A DNA stretch of 64,000 nt. Origin: Moniliella sp. 'wahieum'. Its lineage: Eukaryota. Positions 12,015 through 23,985 of the stretch are shown here, one piece after another; the stretch's first letter is position 1; each line of letters begins with the position of its first letter. Under the pieces are notes generated by a model. The model made no database searches, was not told the origin of the DNA, and was given only the letters and a program-made list of their open reading frames with translations. Position numbers and translations under genes: made by a program. The stretch lies in the NCBI GenBank assembly GCA_003971905.1, contig RSEE01000046.1, positions 310,001 through 374,000 of the forward strand, given 5' to 3'.

Positions 12015-13151
12015 AGCCTGTGTCAATCCGGTCGCGCGTGCTATCGTTTTCCGTTGGGCTCCTCCCAAAGAAATTAGGGTTACAGTATGGTGCTATTGTC
12101 GGTAGCTTTATTGTTTGGCTGTCGCGCAGCTTAACACGACTGGACCTTGCCTACGCCACGCGCCTTCTCTGCTGCTTTGCTCCAGACCGACCACGTAATT
12201 CATACTACCCCAGAATACTTGGACCCCTTTAACTGGTCGTGATGACGATCCACGCATATACGCAACTGCAACTGACTGTCACTCCCTTCCTTACATCAAA
12301 ATCAATAGTTAGTATAGGCAGCAACAGTCTCGCCATTGGCAGGCCTGATTGCTGTTTGGGGAAATGATCATGAAAACGGCGACAGAAGCGCGAAGACAGC
12401 AGAGCCTCGCGGCCACAGATGTTTTGGCCAAATGCACGAGCCACCCTTCTATGGCTCACCATGCAACACAACCAACACAGCAGCACGGCTACAAAACACA
12501 TACAATTGCAAAACAGTATAGTCCGTCTTGAAAACCTGACGCAACATCATGGTGGCCTTTTCTGCACATGATGGGCAAAGCTCAAAGCTCGATTCAAGGG
12601 GTGGTTCTGGTTCCGGTGCAATGTTTGCAGCTTCCCTCGGGCTTTGGTTCAAATTTCAGCTGGAAAAACATTCATTTCATTCCGCCCGAGCCTGAATCAA
12701 GAATCCCCGCGGCCGCGTCTGACTTCGAACTCTCGAGGGCCGCCAGATCGCCAGGCCCGCCGGGGTGATATGACCACCACAAAACCTCCTCGCTCTCAGC
12801 CTCAGCGCAGTGCCCAGCACGACTGACGCCCTGTGCTGAATGCAGCGGCCCTGTTAAAAGTCGATGATCGATGACCCAGATCGATGAAGCCGATGCGCTG
12901 ACACATCTCACCCGCTGACCGAGCACTACTGACGTGGGTGGCTTTTCGGCCGCCTTCATCTGGGCATTTCTGCCCTGTTGTGTTCGCCATCAGGCCTCAG
13001 GGCCTCAGGCAGCTGCGTCAAGAGCCAAGACGCGCATCAGCGATCAGCTCTTCTCCATGCCGCACCATCTTTGGTTGTGACCCCCCACCCTGCCCTTCTC
13101 CCCATCCCCATCCCTTGGCCTCACCCCCCTCCTCCGTGCGTGGCCTTCACG

Positions 13152-13863
13152 ATGATGCTGGGCCTAACGAGGTGTACCAATTCAGTCTGATCAATGCGCT
13201 CATGGCTGGCGTCGTTGAGCAGGGCACCACTGTTTCCGCTGTGATCCAGCACGGCAATCAAGGCCTCGGAACCTTTTCCCGCATGCGCGGGGAGCTGGTC
13301 TTGTTGGACGGGGCGGTGTATCAGCTGTTGTACGATGGGTCGGTGCGCGTGGCGGGTCCCGAGGAGACCATCCCCTTTGTCATGGCCACCCACTTTGAAG
13401 CCCAAACCACCCTACGTGGCGTGACATTGGCCTCTAAGGCCGACTTGGATGCCATCCTGGACGCGGCCGTGCCGGGCAAGACAACCTGTTTGTCTCTACC
13501 GCTTTGAAGGCGGGCACTACCCTAATCTGCAAGTGCGGTCCCTTTGTGGCCAAGAGTACCACGGTCAGCCACTGGTAGAGGTACACAAGACCCAGAAGAT
13601 CATGAGCTTGTCCGACCAACACGGCACGGTTGTCGGGTTCCGTTCCCCCTCTCCTGGCAGGGATTCTCCGTTGCCGGTCAACACCTCCACTTTATCTCGG
13701 ACCAGCGGACGCCGGCGGCCACGTGCTCGACCTGAAGGCGGAAAATGTTACTATCCACATTGCCGTCGCGAACAAAGTGCATGTCGACCTGCCTACCTCG
13801 CAAGAATTCAACCAGGCCAAACTTGAGACTTCGTCGGAAAACATCAAGAACGTCGAGGGGTAG
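13152..13863 (+). CDS. Alpha-acetolactate decarboxylase (BudA/AlsD family), intronless
   Basis: YQFSLINALMAG, HGNQGLGTF..MRGELVLLDG.VYQ, GTVVGFRSP, Zn-binding G.HLHFISD...GGHVLD and C-terminal ..VEG stop (TAG 13861-13863). Joined across ~3-4 frameshifts. Start inferred at ATG 13152/13155. Confidence 0.93.
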
Positions 13864-16512
13864 GCGTTGAGCCAGGCTCATATAACGTTCTCCGTTTCTT
13901 GCCCCGTACACCTTAATACTTGTCGACTACCGGACAACCGCCCGATTCAATCCCTTAAGGACTCGGCCTAATACCACCCCACACCGACTTGCCGTGCACG
14001 ACACGGGACCTGACCTTCTAGTGCCATCGGGAGGCCAATGCATTGCCAGATCGCAGGTCGTTGGCGACGACTGCGCTGCCGTCTTGGAGCAGCGGTCCTG
14101 TTCCCCGCACAGAATATTGAGCCTGGTTACTGTTAAGAGAGATCCAGTTGGAATGGGAGTGTGGATGCCTTCGGGAGAAGAGAGCAAGAAGGAGGGAACA
14201 CATTATGCATTGCAGTTTGTGCAAAGGAAGGTAGTATAAATGTGCTCGTGCGGTGACAGTAGGTGTATAGGGAACTCACTGGCGAGCTAGTGCGATCCCT
14301 TCAATCCACTGTCCCCCGACCGTCACGCGGTAGCCAACCCTCAGCATCACACCACTATACAACACCATGGTGGAGAGGTGCAGTAGTGTATACCAGCCAG
14401 CTCCCGCTTGACTCACTTGCTAATAGGTGCAACGAAAAAGAACGGTGATGGTACTAGTAAAGTTGCGAGTGCTCACATATGCTGTTCTGACCGTTCACTC
14501 ACTTGTTTGTTGAACTCGCCCGACAGGTTTTATGTCGTCTCTGCCGCTACTCGAGGCTGGGGTGGCAGAAGCCCTCGTGCCATAAGCGCTACACTGTTCC
14601 CCTTATCATGTCGAAATGAACCGGCTCTTCAATACGTCTGACCCACTCTCGAGGACCACAATAAGGAGGTTCTGCCAGTGGGTCTGTACAGCATTAACAG
14701 GTGCGCCACAAAACAACAATCTGCTGCCGCTGGGAGGACCACGTCATACCCAGAGCAAACTCTCCTTTTATTTTGGTGCCGCTTGGGCCCACAACATTCG
14801 CTTGCCCCATCAAATTCTGACTCTTGCTGAATACCACACATTACAGCCCGTGGGCCCTTACCTTTCAAGCGAGAACGTGAACCTCAACTGCAGGGCGCTT
14901 CCTTTTCTTTCCCTAGCAACAGGGGATGCATGATGCTCGAAAGGGCAACGACGGATCCTCTCAGTAATACCGGGCCAATAAGCTGGTGACTGTCGTGATG
15001 GTGTTGGGACACGCGATCCTGTATGTAGGCCAAGGCGCCTTATTATCACCTCCCCCTTATTTGACCTCCGAAGCCTCTACGCGTATACTCCGGCTTGTTC
15101 GAACCCCTGTCTCCTCTAGGTGTGACAGACGGCTTAGACCTCAAAACCCTCACCCTCAACCTCAACCTCAACCTCAACCATCGCGACTGCATTGCTCTAC
15201 ATTTCCAGAGGTTCTCCATCCAAATCCTTGGGTTCCTCCGGCCGTACAGTGGGTGGCTCACGTCGCCGATGGAGAGGACATCATCTCTGTTTCACCCGGA
15301 GATGAGCGGGAGGCGGACCAAGGATTCTTGGCACCTTCGCCCACAAGAGATACACGGGGAGTTTTGGTGGTGCTGTTGTGATGGGAGAGGGGCGATGTGT
15401 CAGTTGCTGTTGTTGGATACGTGGGTGATGCTGTTTGGAGGCCCAGCGGTGCTTCGTTTGCAATGAGAACTCGCTTCTGGACGTGGGCCACCAAAGAATA
15501 GCGATGCACTCTGTGGTAAAACACCCTGCGTTTTACTGCGAGATAAAAGACGTGCACCGCGTGTCACGCCTCCGTTTGGGTTGGTACCAATGGAGGGGAG
15601 GACGGGAGGGTGTCTGAAAGGGGCCAGTGTAGTAATAATAGTAACTAGGTGCCCCCATCTTTGGCCAGACATCTATATCTGGTCGGATGGAGAGAAATGC
15701 GCTGTGCCCACGCTCTTTCTCGACCATCGCGACGCGTCACGTGCCATGCCGCGTCACGCGCGTTACGTGTCAATGTCACGACGAACACAGTCACTGCGAT
15801 CGGAAGCAGTGGCATGCACAACCGATCCGCCGCAGTTCATCATGCATCGGATCAAACGCGCTCAGCTCAGCCCCAGCAGGTGGGGCTGAGGGCAGGGACG
15901 CAGTGCGAGTGCGAACGTGCCTGCTAGGCAAGGCACGCTGAGACTGAGAGTGGCCAGTCGCTGCCGTAGCTAGCCGGCGTCCTGTGGTCCGGGAGGGAGC
16001 GCAGCCGCCCGCGCCAGCGTGACACTACCCTGTGCCCCATTCCACCGATGCTAGCACCCGTGCCACCCGCCGCAGCGGCAGTGGGGGTGGGCCCACGACG
16101 CGGTTGCGCCGGCCGGCATGGCGCCGGTATGGGCCTGGACGGTGATCGGCAGGGCGGCCACCGGCGGGCACGCACTACGCCAGCGTGCGCTGCGGGAGGC
16201 GGTGCGGATGCAGGGGATGCGCCGTGTCGGTGCGCATGCAGGCTGCCCCTGGGCGGCCGCACCAGGCCACACCCGCCCCGCACCACCACCCGCCGCCGCA
16301 GCCACCCAACCCCGGCGCGGCGTAGGACGGCCTGCCCCGCCCGCACGGGGACAGTGTGTGGCCATCAGCAGGCGCATCCAGACAGTGCGGCTCAGCTGAG
16401 CTCAGCGCAGCATTGCTCCCACCCCACTGCCGCCACCCACCACCTCCCCACCGCTGCCCGCTCCTTTGCGTCCCTCTTCCTTTCTCCTCCACACCCACAC
16501 TCGTTCACCACC

Positions 16513-19023
16513 ATGCCTTGTACGTCCCCCGTTTGGTCCGCCGCTGCGTCGGGCCAGTGCTGACCCCTCCCCCCGCTCGCCAGCTTCCCGCACGGGGCCC
16601 AAGACGCTCCTGTGCGCCGCTGCTACCGCCGCTGTCGCGGTGGCCAGCGTCGCCGCCAAGGGCTCCTCCACCCCTTCCAACGGCGGTGCTCCGACCAGCT
16701 CCATCGTCAACACTGACCTCTGGGACTTGGCCAACAACCATGCCAAGGCTGGCAACGCCGACACGCCCTTCTACGGCAGCACCGACTTGTACGGCAACCC
16801 CATCTTCCTCAACGACTTTGACCCCGCTGCTCCCTTCCACGCCGACGCGGCCACCCAGTGCAAGGACAACGCCACCGGTCTGTCCCTCCAGAACTTGCGC
16901 CAGCACCCGCGTGTCATGGTCCCCGGCTACCAGTGGGACTGCCTCTCGCAGCGCATTTCCAAGGATGGCTATCTGACGCTGATGAACGACAGTGTCTTTA
17001 CCAATGCGACCAACTGGTACAACATGCCCCCTACCAATTACTCCATCGACGGTGGCTACGCTGGTTCGGGTATCCTCGACGTGGCCCGTGAGGTGCAACG
17101 CCGCGTGCGCGCTTGGGGCTATGCCTACCGTGTCACTGGCGACAAGAAGTGGGCCGACCGTACCTGGACCGAGCTCCAGACCGCCGCCGGCAACACGTCC
17201 CAGCCCTTTGGCCAAGGCCCGGCCCCGCTGCCAGACCAGCACTGGAACCCGGTTCACTTCCTTGACACGGGTGAGATGACCGCTGCGTTCGCGATTGGCT
17301 ATGATTGGCTCTACGATGCCTGGACGCCCGAGCAGCGTGAGGCCATCCGTTGGTCCATCATCACTCTTGGTCTTACGCCTGGTCTCGAATCCTACAATGG
17401 TAACGGCACCATTGGCTGGTGGACCGAGCCAGCCAACGGCGATGGTAACTGGAACTGTGTGTGCAACTCGGGTCTGCTGCTCGGTGCCTTGGCGATCAAT
17501 GGCGACGATGGCGATGACCCGCAAAAGACCTCGTCGCAGGTCTTGACCAAGGGTCTGGAGAACTTGCGCGACAACTGCTTCCAGGCTCCCTTTGACGACG
17601 GTACTTGGCCTGAAACGCCCAACTACTGGTACTTTGGCACCAACGCCGCCGCTCGCGTCGAGTCTGCCCTCATCTCGGCCACCGGTTCGAACCAAAACCT
17701 CAACACTGAGTTCTACAAGACTGGTTTCTTCCACATGTACGTTTCGGGTATGGCCGGCATGATGGCGTACGGTGACCACGGTCCCAACAAGTTCTCCACC
17801 AACGCCAACGGCATGCTCTGGTGGGGCAAGCAGTACAACCAAACCCTTTCTCCCTCTTCCAGCGTGACCGTGCAGATGCTCTGGGTGACCCGCTGGCGCT
17901 GTTCTGGTACGACGAGACGGCCAAGGGTGCCTTCTGGAACAGTCTCCCGCTCGACCGCTTCTTTGACGACACGCGTGGCTCTTGGGTTTCCATGCGCTCG
18001 TCGTGGACCAACTGGAACGGCACCTACATTGGCATGAAGGCTTCCAACTTGACCGGTCACCAGACCCATGGTGACTTGGACGTGGGTGACTTTGTGTTTG
18101 ATGCATGGGAACGCGCTGGGCCGGTGAGTATGGGTCGGCGCAGTACCTTTCCGACGGTTACTTCTCGACGGAGGTGGAGACGTCCCAGCGCTGGACCTAC
18201 TTCCGCAAGATGACCCAGGGCCAGAACACGATCCTGGTCGACGGTCTGAACCAGCAGGTCAACTGCGCCCCGGTCAACAAGTTTGGTTCGACCAACGTGA
18301 CCCAGTCGGCATCGGTGGACTACGCGCCCGGTGTCAACGACACGGCGTTCTTTGTGACGGACATGAGCTCGGCCTACAACCAGTCGGCTGGCTCGGTGCA
18401 GCGTGGCATCCGGTTCCTGAACGCGCGGCGGCAGATGCTGCTGCAGGACGAGATTAAGGGTGGAGTGGCCAAGAAGTCGCTCTCGTGGCACGTCCAGACC
18501 AACGCGACGGTCCAGATTAACGGCAACACGGCTACCCTTTCCATTCGGACCTGGCCAACCCCAACGCGGCGACGCAGGAGCTGTACTACACCTTCCCGAA
18601 AAGCAACTCAAGATTACCATCCTCGAGCCGGCCAACGCCACGTTCAAGACCGAAGGCCCCCCCGCGGGCAACACGGGCGTCTACGTCAACAACTTTGGCG
18701 ACCCTGTCAACACCAACGTCACGTTGCTCACCATTGACTTGCCCACCACATCGGATGTTACGTTGCAGACCTGGTGGCAGCCGCAGTGGGACAACCTTGG
18801 TCCCGGTGACACGACCCAGCCTCCGAGCGTTGCTCTGGCGCAGTGGGACGTGGAGAGCCACAACGTGGTCTCCAATGCCACTTCCCCCTGGGGCTCCAAC
18901 GGCGGCAACGCCCCCTCGGCTGCTGGTGGTTCTGCTACGTCCTCCAAGTCCAGCCCGGCCGGTCGCCTGACCGTGCCGACGGTCTTGTTGGTTGTGGTGG
19001 GAGCCGCAGCGTGCCTCCTTTAA
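16513..19023 (+). CDS. Secreted, probably GPI-anchored heparinase II/III-like polysaccharide lyase (PL35-like)
   Basis: ATG 16513, intron 16520-16583, hydrophobic signal (LLCAAATAAVAVASVAA). Motifs HFLDTGEMTAAFAIGYDWLY, NWNCVCNSG, DGTWPETPNYWYFGT, HGDLDVGDFVFDA and FRKMTQGQNTI. Ser/Gly/Ala-rich linker followed by a hydrophobic C-terminus (VLLVVVGAAACLL). Three frameshifts. Confidence 0.88.
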
Positions 19024-20480
19024 TGTCGTGTGTGGTGAAAGACTTGTTTTTTTTTGTTCGATGTAGGCTTCCCTTCCCCCCCCCCCCCACCTATTCTTTT
19101 TCTTTGCTCTTTTTTCTCGTGCTCGTCCGATCAAGCCTTCGTCCTGGGGTGGGCCCGCTGCCGTTTTCCCCTGCGTTGGCACGTGACGGGCCGCTTCGTT
19201 CGGTTGTTCTGTTGTCCCAACCTGGCCACAGTCCAGCATCTGGTAGGACTAGATGATTGATGACGGATCAAAGTTTGGAAAGCTGGCGCCCACGGCAATC
19301 CAACGAGAGCCGATGGGCGCTGCGCATAAAGCGTTGGCGATAGTAGTGTTGTAGGACTGTGAACCTTTGTGACCGTAGCTGTGTGGTACAAAAGTGGTAT
19401 CCAGTGGTTTTCAAGCTGTACTTGGGGCGGTGGGCCTGCATCGCGTACATGGGAGGCGGTGTGGTACGGCTGATGGCTGGAGTGAGTACTGAGTATTGAT
19501 GACGCACTGACGAAGCTATTGTGGGAGCAACGTCAAAACAGACGGTTTGGTCTTGCAGTAATGCCAGTGGCAGGTTCTCGTTTCTTCGCTCGCCGTTGCG
19601 TTTTTTTTGGGAGGATGAGGGATGAGAGGTAATGGTGGCGAAGATGGGTGGATGCTCAGACTCAATGGGGGAAGTTGTCTGCCGAAAGTGTATCTAGTTC
19701 CCCCTCGAAGACGTCAAAACGCTTTTGAACCCCGGTTAACGTTTCTTTCAGTTGCCCCTCCGCACCATCAGACCGACATGATCTCCTGAGAAGAACGATC
19801 CACAGAATTTGATGGAGACGGATATCCCTTTCAAGAGAAATGTGCAGCTGGAGAGGCTATACTGACGGAGCTACTGTGAAGCGGCGATCTGAGGGTTGGT
19901 ACACATCTGACAAGGATGCGATGCGATTGCATAATACGGCATCCAAAGCGGATTCGAGAAGCACAGCCCAGGGTGATAAGACGAAAACCTCTCAGGGAAG
20001 AGCGTCAAGAAAATGCGAGTAGTCGAGAAAAAGACCAGCACTGTTCGCCTCAATCGGGATCGTATGCGAGAGGTACGCGGTTCAGTCTCAGCTGGAACTT
20101 ACTCGGACTGTTCGTAATGGCTGTATTAACGCACCAAACGTACCTTGGGGCTCAGTATAGTGATCAGGTGTTCATTTCCCACCCTCAGCCACTTCCTAGT
20201 ACATCTCGTAACCGCAAGCGAAAGAAATCGAAAAGCCAACATTACGAGCTACGCAAACTGAAGGCAAGGTGGGGAACTGTAGGCTAAAGGGGGATCGCAT
20301 CCTCCTGGGAAGAAATGGTGATTGGTAGCATCAAAAAGATGTTTTTTTGTATGCGAACATAGCTCTGAAAGAAGGGTGTTCAGATGCGCATAGGCTCAAA
20401 GCCATACAGGCAACACAAACTGCTCACCCGAGCATTCAGCCGCAAGAAGCCAAAGGAGTGTCCGCCCTGACACGCACCAT

Positions 20481-20936
20481 TTAGGCATCAATGATGGTGA
20501 CCTCAACCTCAACCCCGGGCTCGAGGTTGAAGCGGGTGATCAGACGAACGTCCTCCGACGTGCCCTGGAAGTCAATGAGACGCTTGTGGATCTTCATCTC
20601 GAAGTGGTCCCAGGTCTTGGAGCCCTCACCGCAGGGCGACTTGCGCACACGTGCGAGAGCACCTTGGTGGGCAGGCGGACGGGGCCCTTGACGCGCAGGC
20701 CCTTGTCCTTGGAGCGGGTGACAAGGTCCGAGCAAACTGGAACCAAGGAAAAAAGCAAGTCAGTATTCGTCGCCGGTGCGTTCCAGCACGCAGGCCGAGC
20801 GCGGGAGCGCTACAAGAGAACAACACGTACCCTTCTCGAGGTTCTTGAGGTTGCGGCTGGTCAGCGTGATGCGGATCTTGTGCTGCTGAGCCTGGGGCTG
20901 CGCATCGGCCTTGGGGTCCTTGGCGACGTAACTCAT
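20481..20936 (-). CDS. RPS20: 40S ribosomal protein S20 (uS10)
   Basis: [17 protein letters not shown] / intron 20737-20830 / VCSDLV...KGPVRLPTK...[25 protein letters not shown]...[10 protein letters not shown]. One frameshift. Confidence 0.97.
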
Positions 20937-21666
20937 ATCGGAATCAGCGGTGACCAACAAGACAGAAGAAAACTTGGTGGGTGGGTGGGAGCAGCAGCAG
21001 CAGTGGAGTCCCGAGCCGCCCAGACGACTTGGACAGCGCAGCAAATGCTGCGGCGTATTTTCCCTTTTCAGTAGGGTTCTGCCTATCACATGCCCCTCCC
21101 CAGCGAATAAAAAGCTGGCTGGAAATCCCACCAGCTCAGCGCCGTAGGGGGGGGGATGACATAATCATTGCGTAATCCTGGTTGCTCGGCTGGCAGCTGG
21201 ACAATATCGCGGAGTATAAATTGGCGTTACCTTGTAGTATCCACGGACCAGCCGCTGGGCGGCCATGCGATCTGCTACCTCTTCCAGCGTCTCATTTACT
21301 ACACTGCCAACCTCTCCCTTTCTCACGCGGTGCCTCGTAAGGTGTAATTCTCTATGTGGATGCCCATCCGCACGAAATGGTACAGCGCTACGTGATCTAT
21401 GCTAGCGAGACGGCATCTGTTTGTCGTACTTTCGAAAAGGCTCTGATCTGAATCGTGCCCAAGGCACCAAACTGTCTCTTCAAAGGCTGTACTGGTAGTA
21501 TATGCATTTCTTACCATCCACAAACTGCTGTGCGCGATGTTACCAGACACACTTGATGGTATCAGCGATTGCCCGAGTCACAGTGAGAAAGGTCAGGAGG
21601 CAAGCCACGTGGAATGGATCAACGATCAATGTCCCAGCGGGGGTGGGGTCTGGTTCAGCAAGCCCA

Positions 21667-23390
21667 TCAGTGCCTCCCGTGCCGCGGCTCGTTCACTGAC
21701 CGTCCCATCCCACAACCGGTCTCTCCCGTCGCCGACGAGTTCGACGTAGCAAGTGAGCCCGACTGCGAGACCAACGGCGGGGGTGAGCCTGACCACAGGC
21801 GTAACGGCATCTCCCATTTGGCTGAACGAATTTTGGCTTGCAGCGACTGGACAGACGGTCGCTGAAGGGAGGGGAGCCGTTGATGAGGATAAACAGGACA
21901 CATCCTACAGCCCACATGTCGGCCTGTTTGCTTCCCATAAATAGGTCCGCGTCCGAAGACAAAACCTCAGGTGCGAGGTAGAGCGCCGAGCCACCGCGCC
22001 GTTGGAAGGAGGTGCCGTCCACTGACCGTAGCGTCCCTGGCTAACGTCGGCTGGAACCGGCACATACTGGGCTAGTCCAAAATCGCTAGGCGCCAAAGAA
22101 TTTCCCGCTCTCAGTACCACCAGGGGGACCGTACCCAACGTACCCAGGATATTGTCAGGCTTGATGTCGTTGTGCACGATGCCATGCCCATGCAACGCTT
22201 CGACGGCCCGGGCAAGGTGGACCATGACATGTCGAGCGACCGACAAGGCCACCCGCGTTTGGTCAACCCGTCTGAAGTACGGATGCAGATCGTCCTCGTG
22301 AGGTAGGTAGCGGCGGCGGCGGGCGCACAGGAGAGCCTGCAGTGATGGTTGCTCGGCGTCGACCATTCCTAGTAGAAGGTGCGGTCACCCTAGGCCAGCG
22401 GTGCTGGGACAATATCATCCGCCCCGATTGACAAAGTCAATCAAGGACCCATATTGCAAAGGGGGGAAAGAAAAATGTCGACATGGGACCAGGACCGGCC
22501 AATGTGCTTGGGCAAACGTTCGTTCAAGGGGTGTCCTGTCGGACCACACTAATGGAAGAAGATGGTCGTTCGAAGGAAGGGACTCCATATTGCCTGTTCT
22601 TGACTGACGCCTTCTCCCTGATTGTAAACAAGCTTACAGACCAACGTATACGCTGGGTTCTTGGTTGTGGATGTAGCGTTTGGGACTATGTCCCCTTCGT
22701 AAAAGTGTGCCAAGTGGATGGCAGTGTCAAGGGAGTCTCGAGCCATCTTCCCGCCAGTAAGTATTGATCGTGAGGCCCGAACCACACGTGTTCCAGTTCT
22801 TGCGAGGGCGCTCTTGCGAGACAGGAGAGCCATGTGTCAATCCGACTTGCACAGATATGGAAAGTGAGTCACTTGGCAAAAACGGGGGAGCATGGACTTG
22901 CAATGGTTCGTACCTGGCTTGCATTTTGGTGGTTCATGGTGCGGTGGAGCGGATGCGATTTCACCTACACATGCGTTTCCTTCTGTTGGATTGAGGGGGA
23001 AAGGGGCGGGGGGAACGAATGGGTGTCGACCTGGACTGAGTGGGGTAATGCTTTCCCCATCCCGAGGCGGCGGGCAGCATATGAGGTGAGGTTCATTGAC
23101 GTTTGTTCTCCCTCCTCTCTATTGAGCGAGAGACTCACCCCGTATGGATCAAAGAAGGGAGGCGGGACGAACTCGAAGTCCATGTGTCCCGGAGACGCAG
23201 AAAACAGAGGGATGAATGCTGTAGTGGAAGCGGATAGGACTGGTGAGAGGGTGGCAGTCTCGTCACTACTCAGTTGTCCCTGCTGGACTGGACCGATGCG
23301 TGCGAGGTGGTCAGAGGTAGTAGGCGGTGCGGTGGTGGGAGCAGAGCGTGCTGACCAGCACAAGACGGGGTGGCGTCGTCATCGATCATC
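21667..23390 (-). CDS. Ser/Thr protein kinase (non-RD, CAMK-like fold); ends uncertain
   Basis: LHGHGIVHNDIKPDNIL, SDFGLA, GSALYLAPEV and ADMWAVGCVLFILINGSPPF in consecutive - strand frames. A possible subdomain II lysine lies in TLVCK near 22635. Confidence 0.8.
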
Positions 23391-23985
23391 CGAGCTGGGC
23401 CGGGGGGGGGGCCCGATTGAAGCTTCAATCGAAAGGCAGAATAGGGGGTGCTTGGCTATAGCCTCGGTGTAGAAGAGCTCCGGGGCGGGCCGAGGGGTGT
23501 GGCCATTAATCGAGCTTACTCATTCTGATCTGATCCACTTAAAACAGGCAGGCCGACGCTGATCCTTTTGAACGTTGCAGCTGCCCACCTGGGGGAGGCC
23601 ATGTGGGGCCCCACCACGGCGGGTGCTGCGGTGCAGGCGAGTGCCCCAAGCAACCCCCCTTCGACCATCCAACACGCCCTGCTTTCCAACGGTCGCCGAA
23701 CGCCATCCCGCGTAGCGCGCACCCCCCCCACCCCACCCCTCACACCTCCCCTCCACCTCCACCTCCACCATCTGAACGGCGGCTATGGCCAAAGCAAGGC
23801 ATCAGGGTGTGCAAAAAGGCCGGGTGGAAATGTTGAAACTTGGACGACTCGCTGTTGCTAGCCTACTAAATCGGCGAGACGCCCCATGCGTTGCACCCGA
23901 TCCGGCGGCGCTAAATTTTTTAGCATCGGGTGGCAGCGCAGCGAGCCCACTCTGGGTCCTGTCGACGACACCTGCCGCCAGCACG

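Noticed and set aside
12239..12349. C/D box snoRNA (GTGATGA...CTGA)
   Set aside because: The short rRNA-complementary stretches are not positioned as a proper guide, and there is no terminal stem.
14260..14520. Micro-exon gene suggested by several - strand GTGAGT donors
   Set aside because: I could not assemble a consistent reading frame or matching branch sites.
15090..15115. tRNA T-loop-like GTTCGAACCC
   Set aside because: No T-stem pairing or cloverleaf around it.
16505..18106. 533-aa antisense ORF over the lyase, and similar long antisense or alternate-frame ORFs (5516-6943, 3988-5307, 58271-59494)
   Set aside because: These are expected shadows of GC-rich, codon-biased sequence and show no recognisable motifs.
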